Shown here one piece after another: positions 59,613-64,000 of a stretch of 64,000 nucleotides of DNA. Source of the DNA: Peptococcaceae bacterium UBA4068 (GTDB lineage: Bacteria; Bacillota; Dehalobacteriia; UBA4068); assembly GCA_002382665.1 (NCBI GenBank), contig DFZA01000006.1, forward strand, positions 66,950 through 130,949. Reading direction: 5' to 3'. Below the pieces are notes generated by a model. The model made no database searches. It saw nothing but the letters and a program-made list of their open reading frames with translations, and was not told the origin of the DNA. Position 1 is the first letter of the stretch. Each line of letters opens with the position of its first letter. Both the position numbers and the translations under genes were made by a program.

Positions 59613-60530
59613 ATGCTTTCAAGTATGGATTTTGTTCGTCAATCTTTAGAATTACATCTGTTTTTTGCAAGGATTATGAAAGAACACTCATTTTTTTTAG
59701 AGGTTAGTTTTACTCCCAGAGATATGAGTTTCTCTAAAACAGCCGATGAATACCGCATTAAATTTGATAATCTTTTAAGGGATGTTGTCTCTCTTTCCAA
59801 CGGCGCTGTCAGCCAGAGCGTGCTCCATTCTGGCGAAGTAATTACTCCTTACACCATGAAAGCCGAATCTGTTACATCTTTTTATACAGGAGTAAAAATC
59901 CCGACCGACTTAACAAAAGCGGAAGCAGGATTATCGGGCGGTATCCATCCGGAAAATGTAAAGTTTGAGCAACGGGTATTCGCAATTAATCAGAGGGCAA
60001 TCGAATTACTTAACGGGTTAATCCAATTTAAATCATTAATATTATCCAATGTTTTAGCATGTAAAATGTTTACCGTTAATTACCCGCTATTGATTGACCA
60101 TATAATGCGCGAAGCTAAACTTTATTTAAGGATGGTGCAACGGCTGCAAAACAGAGAGATAGTAAATATCGAAAAAGAAGCAATGGAGCAAGAATCGTTC
60201 TGGAATAGGATTATGGCAGAACATGCAAAGTTTATTCGAGGATTACTGGACCCCACGGAAGAACAGTTATTTTTAACCGCAGATAAATTTGGTAAAGAGT
60301 TTGATGCGTTAACAGCCGAATCAAAGGCGGCAATGGATATGACTATACCGTTGGCAAAAGTTACAGAAGACAGTCTTGAGGCAACAAAATCTATCCGCGA
60401 TTTTAAAGCGCAAGGAACACAGGGATTGATTGAGTGTAAGATTAGATCAATAATAATCCCGTTATTAGGCGATCATACTCTGCGGGAAGCTAACCATTTC
60501 ATAAGACTGTTAGAAATGTTTAAAATGTAG
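59613..60530 (+). CDS. DUF2935-like helical protein with internal duplication
   Basis: Repeated RIMKEHSFFL / RIMAEHAKFIRGLL motifs. 305 aa. Confidence 0.4.
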   Translation: MLSSMDFVRQSLELHLFFARIMKEHSFFLEVSFTPRDMSFSKTADEYRIKFDNLLRDVVSLSNGAVSQSVLHSGEVITPYTMKAESVTSFYTGVKIPTDLTKAEAGLSGGIHPENVKFEQRVFAINQRAIELLNGLIQFKSLILSNVLACKMFTVNYPLLIDHIMREAKLYLRMVQRLQNREIVNIEKEAMEQESFWNRIMAEHAKFIRGLLDPTEEQLFLTADKFGKEFDALTAESKAAMDMTIPLAKVTEDSLEATKSIRDFKAQGTQGLIECKIRSIIIPLLGDHTLREANHFIRLLEMFKM

Positions 60531-60693
60531 ATATTACTCCCCTAATTATTTACTGATAGCAGAATCAAAAACTCCTGGATATTAACAGGAGTTTTTAATT
60601 TGACAATTTTTTTAATAAAGTTTGCGCACCATTATTTATTTATGTATAATTTAATAAAAGAATTAATTTCCATTTATTTTGGAGGTGGGCAAT

Positions 60694-62973
60694 ATGGAAA
60701 TAAATGAAATGACCAAAGAACAATTGATTAATCATATTGACACTCTTAATACGCAAATATCATTATTGGGAAATACCAAATTGACAGATAGAAAAACAGA
60801 TATGAGTTTTTTGGCTGATGATAAGTCCGGATTGTTGTTTAACAACTTATCGGTTGGTCTTATCATTACCGATCCCGACGGTTCTATTATTAATTTTAAT
60901 AGAACCATACAGGATTTATTAGGTTATTCACTAGAAGATTGTAAAAACAAGAATGTCACCGATTTATATTTCGATCCGCGCGAACGTCAACAGCTTTTGG
61001 ACACGCTTGCCAATTCAAAAGTAGCCCATGACTATGAGATGGTACTAAAACATAAAGATGGAACGCTAAGGACCGTATTGGCAAATATCGACTACATTGA
61101 AATGAATGATAAACCTATGCTGCTGGCCTCAGTATTCGATATTACCCAATATGAGTTAATACAGGAGAATATCAGAGAGTCGGAAAGAAATTTCCGAACT
61201 CTTTTTAGTCATGCGCCGATTGGCATTACCGTATCAGATTTTCAGGGTAATTTAATTGCCAGCAATCATGCTCTGCAGGAATTATTAGGCTACAACGCAG
61301 ATGAACTAAAAAACAAAAATATGTTGGACTTTTATTATGACAAAATGGGCAGACAAAAACTGTTAAGCTTATCAAGGGAACTCGGTATTGTACGCGACTT
61401 AGAGACCAGATACAAACATAAAGACGGCAGCCCTATTCCGGTATTAATCAACACCGATTTGATAGATTTTAAAGATAAAAAAGATGTATTGCTTACATCA
61501 ATACGTGATATTTCTAATCTTAAAAAGATTGAAGATGAATTAGCAAGAGAACGCGATTTTTCTAACGCCATACTTGATATTACAGCATCTCTGATTTTGG
61601 TTATTGATCGCAAAGGAATAATAACTAAGTTTAATCGGACTTGTGAAAAGACCTCAGGCTATAAGGCTGAAGAGATGTGCGGTAAATATTTTGTAGATGC
61701 AAAAATAATCGACCCTACTATTAACGAAGAAATGGTAGAGATATTGCTCAGGGGCGAATATCCCATAGAACATGATAATGTTTGGATTTCCAAAAACGGC
61801 ATCAAACACCTTATTTCTTGGACGGATACAGCGCTTTTTGATGACAATGGACAAATAGATTATATCATAGCAACCGGCATTGATATAACCAAACGGCAAA
61901 AGGCGGAAAATGAGCTGCAAAAAGCAAATCAAGAATTAGCTTCCTGGGTTAAAGAACTCGAAGAAAGAAACGAAGAAATGAATAAACTAAATGAAATGGG
62001 CGAGCATCTTCATAATTGCCGGACAATTACTGAGGCCTGCGCTATCAGCGCCCAATTTATTCAACAGATTTGTTCTGGTAGCCATGGAGCGCTATATCTG
62101 ATAAATTCATCAAAAAATTACGCCGAAGCTGTTGAAACGTGGGGTGAGCCCACCAATACTATGGAGATTTTTAATCCCTTGGGCTGCTGGTCGATACGCC
62201 GTGGTCGTCAGCATATGGTTGATAGCAGTCACCCGGGACTGCGTTGCGAACATATTACCGGACCAACATCCGGTCACTACCTTTGTGTGCCTTTACTGGT
62301 AAACGGCGAAGCCATCGGCATACTTCATATAAATCACACTAATGAGACACAACAAGATCCCCAACAAAAATCTATGTGTATACCGGATAACGAACACAAA
62401 ATACAGTTTATTAAAACAATAGCGGAACAAATTTCTCTGGCATTATCAAACCTAAAATTACAGGAAACACTTCGCCAACAATCTATCCGTGATGCTCTTA
62501 CCGGCTTATATAACAGACGTTTTATGGAGGAGACATTGGAAAGGGAATTAAAACGGGCAGAACGGGAGAAAAAATCCGTCGGAGTAATTATGCTTGATAT
62601 TGACCACTTTAAAGAATTTAATGATCTCACAGGTCATGACGGCGGCGATGCGTTGTTACGTGAGTTAGGAGTATTTCTAAAAAGTAAAAACCGCGCAGGG
62701 GATATTGCCTGCCGGTATGGCGGTGAGGAGTTTATTATCGTATTACCGGGCATTACTAAAGAAGATGCTCAAAACAGAGCCGATGAACTGCGCCAGGGAG
62801 TAAAAGAACTACTGGTATACCACCTCGGAAAACCACTAGGCAAATGCACTATCTCGCTTGGCGTCGCAGTTTTCCCCGAAAATGGACATACAATCGATTC
62901 GTTGCTCAAAGCTGTCGATAATGCCCTTTATCAGGCAAAGAATCAAGGAAGAGACAGGGTAGTGATAGCCTAA
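60694..62973 (+). CDS. Cytoplasmic PAS-PAS-PAS-GAF-GGDEF diguanylate cyclase
   Basis: Three PAS-like segments, coiled-coil, GAF-like region, and C-terminal RYGGEEF with the inhibitory-site RxxD (RAGD). Start at the ATG after a GGAGGTG SD. Confidence 0.8.
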   Translation: MEINEMTKEQLINHIDTLNTQISLLGNTKLTDRKTDMSFLADDKSGLLFNNLSVGLIITDPDGSIINFNRTIQDLLGYSLEDCKNKNVTDLYFDPRERQQLLDTLANSKVAHDYEMVLKHKDGTLRTVLANIDYIEMNDKPMLLASVFDITQYELIQENIRESERNFRTLFSHAPIGITVSDFQGNLIASNHALQELLGYNADELKNKNMLDFYYDKMGRQKLLSLSRELGIVRDLETRYKHKDGSPIPVLINTDLIDFKDKKDVLLTSIRDISNLKKIEDELARERDFSNAILDITASLILVIDRKGIITKFNRTCEKTSGYKAEEMCGKYFVDAKIIDPTINEEMVEILLRGEYPIEHDNVWISKNGIKHLISWTDTALFDDNGQIDYIIATGIDITKRQKAENELQKANQELASWVKELEERNEEMNKLNEMGEHLHNCRTITEACAISAQFIQQICSGSHGALYLINSSKNYAEAVETWGEPTNTMEIFNPLGCWSIRRGRQHMVDSSHPGLRCEHITGPTSGHYLCVPLLVNGEAIGILHINHTNETQQDPQQKSMCIPDNEHKIQFIKTIAEQISLALSNLKLQETLRQQSIRDALTGLYNRRFMEETLERELKRAEREKKSVGVIMLDIDHFKEFNDLTGHDGGDALLRELGVFLKSKNRAGDIACRYGGEEFIIVLPGITKEDAQNRADELRQGVKELLVYHLGKPLGKCTISLGVAVFPENGHTIDSLLKAVDNALYQAKNQGRDRVVIA

Positions 62974-63103
62974 AAAAGTTGGTTAAATGAAAAGGAATAG
63001 CTTATACCCCAGTTAATACAAAGCAAAAGGTTTTAACCCTTTTGCTTTTTTATTTTATCTGATATACTAAAAATAACTGTTTATATATATCAAGGAGTAT
63101 ATT

Positions 63104-63991
63104 ATGAAAAACACATTAGATAAAATCGGGATTTTAAATATTTCTGTCTTTTTAATAATATTAGTTCTTTGGATTTTAGTGTTTTTTGTCCATGGCTTAG
63201 CCGGAGCGGTTTCTTGGGGATTGCTCAAAATGTTCTTACCGTTTGCCGGTATAGTGGCGATTTTAAGTAACCTGGTACTTTTACTTATAAATATTAAAAA
63301 GGAAAAGCCCGTCATCCGCAGGGTATTTGCTTTGTTACTATGTGTTATCATCACATTTCCGCTTTTGTTTACAATGAATATCATACCGTTTGCATATCCA
63401 ATAAATGCTCAAAACGCAGCGCCGGCCGTGACCGCCATTTGGCCGCTAAAAGAAGAAACGGTGGTCGGTTGGGGTGGAGATACTACCGCAACCAATTTGC
63501 CCCATGTTTCCTGGGCGTCGGAAAGATGGGCTTATGATCTGGTAATGGAACCTTATGATACAGGAAACACAGATCTTGCAAGCTACGGTATTTGGGATGA
63601 AGAAGTTGTCGCCCCTGTTTCGGGTACCGTTGTTGAAGCATATGGTGATGAAGATGACATATTGCCAAATACCGAGGATTTCAAGTCACAAGAAGGCAAT
63701 CATGTTTACATAAAAATTAATCAAACCGGAACATATCTTCTATTAAACCATTTTAAAAAAGGAAGTATAACAGTCAAGACTGGCGACCATGTAAACCAGG
63801 GAGATGTAATCGGGCGCGTAGGTAATAGTGGGTCGACGTCAGAACCGCATCTGCATATTCATCATCAACGACAAGACCCGACAAAAACTTTAATCCTGAT
63901 ATTTGCAGAGGGTCTGCCCCTATTATTTGAAAGTACTGATGCAAACCCGATGCCCATAAAAGATTCAGTGGTAATCCCTAATAGCCAATAA
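63104..63991 (+). CDS. Membrane-anchored M23-family peptidase
   Basis: Three N-terminal TM helices. C-terminal M23 motifs (HxxxD-like, GSTSEPHLHIH). Confidence 0.6.
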   Translation: MKNTLDKIGILNISVFLIILVLWILVFFVHGLAGAVSWGLLKMFLPFAGIVAILSNLVLLLINIKKEKPVIRRVFALLLCVIITFPLLFTMNIIPFAYPINAQNAAPAVTAIWPLKEETVVGWGGDTTATNLPHVSWASERWAYDLVMEPYDTGNTDLASYGIWDEEVVAPVSGTVVEAYGDEDDILPNTEDFKSQEGNHVYIKINQTGTYLLLNHFKKGSITVKTGDHVNQGDVIGRVGNSGSTSEPHLHIHHQRQDPTKTLILIFAEGLPLLFESTDANPMPIKDSVVIPNSQ

Positions 63992-64000
63992 TACCAAATA

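Overview
This window is a 64-kb chromosomal segment from a low-GC, endospore-forming Firmicute, Clostridia/Negativicutes-like. Most of it is core metabolism and housekeeping, all assigned from motifs read directly in the translated ORFs.

Core genes on 0-45 kb and 56.4-64 kb:
- hisC, an M23 peptidase, a MoeA-family gene with modABC, an acyl-ACP thioesterase, and a GT2-GtrA glycosyltransferase.
- AEC and EamA transporters, an ABC-F ATPase, DegV with DUF1836, a VanY-like carboxypeptidase, a GlcD-like FAD oxidase, and argS.
- sppA, a HAD hydrolase, a LarC-family protein, GerM, a PepV-like M20 peptidase, a CBS protein and pepF.
- panB-panE, a cluster of tRNA-fMet/Tyr/Thr, mrp, a ModE-N-like HTH protein and panD.
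- ftsEX with an EnvC-like M23 peptidase, ctpA, htpG, a CIRCE-controlled hsp20, and tRNA-Ser.
- A zinc-ribbon protein, apt, MTAP, an SleL/YaaH-like LysM-GH18 protein, pyk, a PAS-GAF-GGDEF cyclase and a second M23 peptidase.

About 45.1-56.4 kb is an AT-rich accessory region with three parts:
- A 594-aa orphan protein next to a SLOG/YpsA-family protein, read as a candidate conflict module.
- An RHH regulator, a repeat-bracketed WG-repeat lipoprotein cassette, a Nim-like reductase and a Vat-like streptogramin acetyltransferase.
- A TPR-GT2 glycosyltransferase beside a Cys/His-rich collagen-like, BclA-type spore-surface protein.

Adjacent to this is an orphan agr-like quorum-sensing module. It comprises two small membrane proteins, agrB, and a 40-aa agrD-like sORF that I found myself (absent from the supplied ORF track). 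No agrC/agrA is present. Immediately downstream lies a polytopic-membrane GGDEF+HD-GYP c-di-GMP enzyme.

Other notable structure:
- tRNA 3'-end duplications, of the kind integrases leave, bracket single genes at 31.2-32.2 kb and 41.4-43.0 kb.
- Tandem repeats sit at 12.5 kb and 56.14 kb.
- Many Rho-independent terminators are visible.
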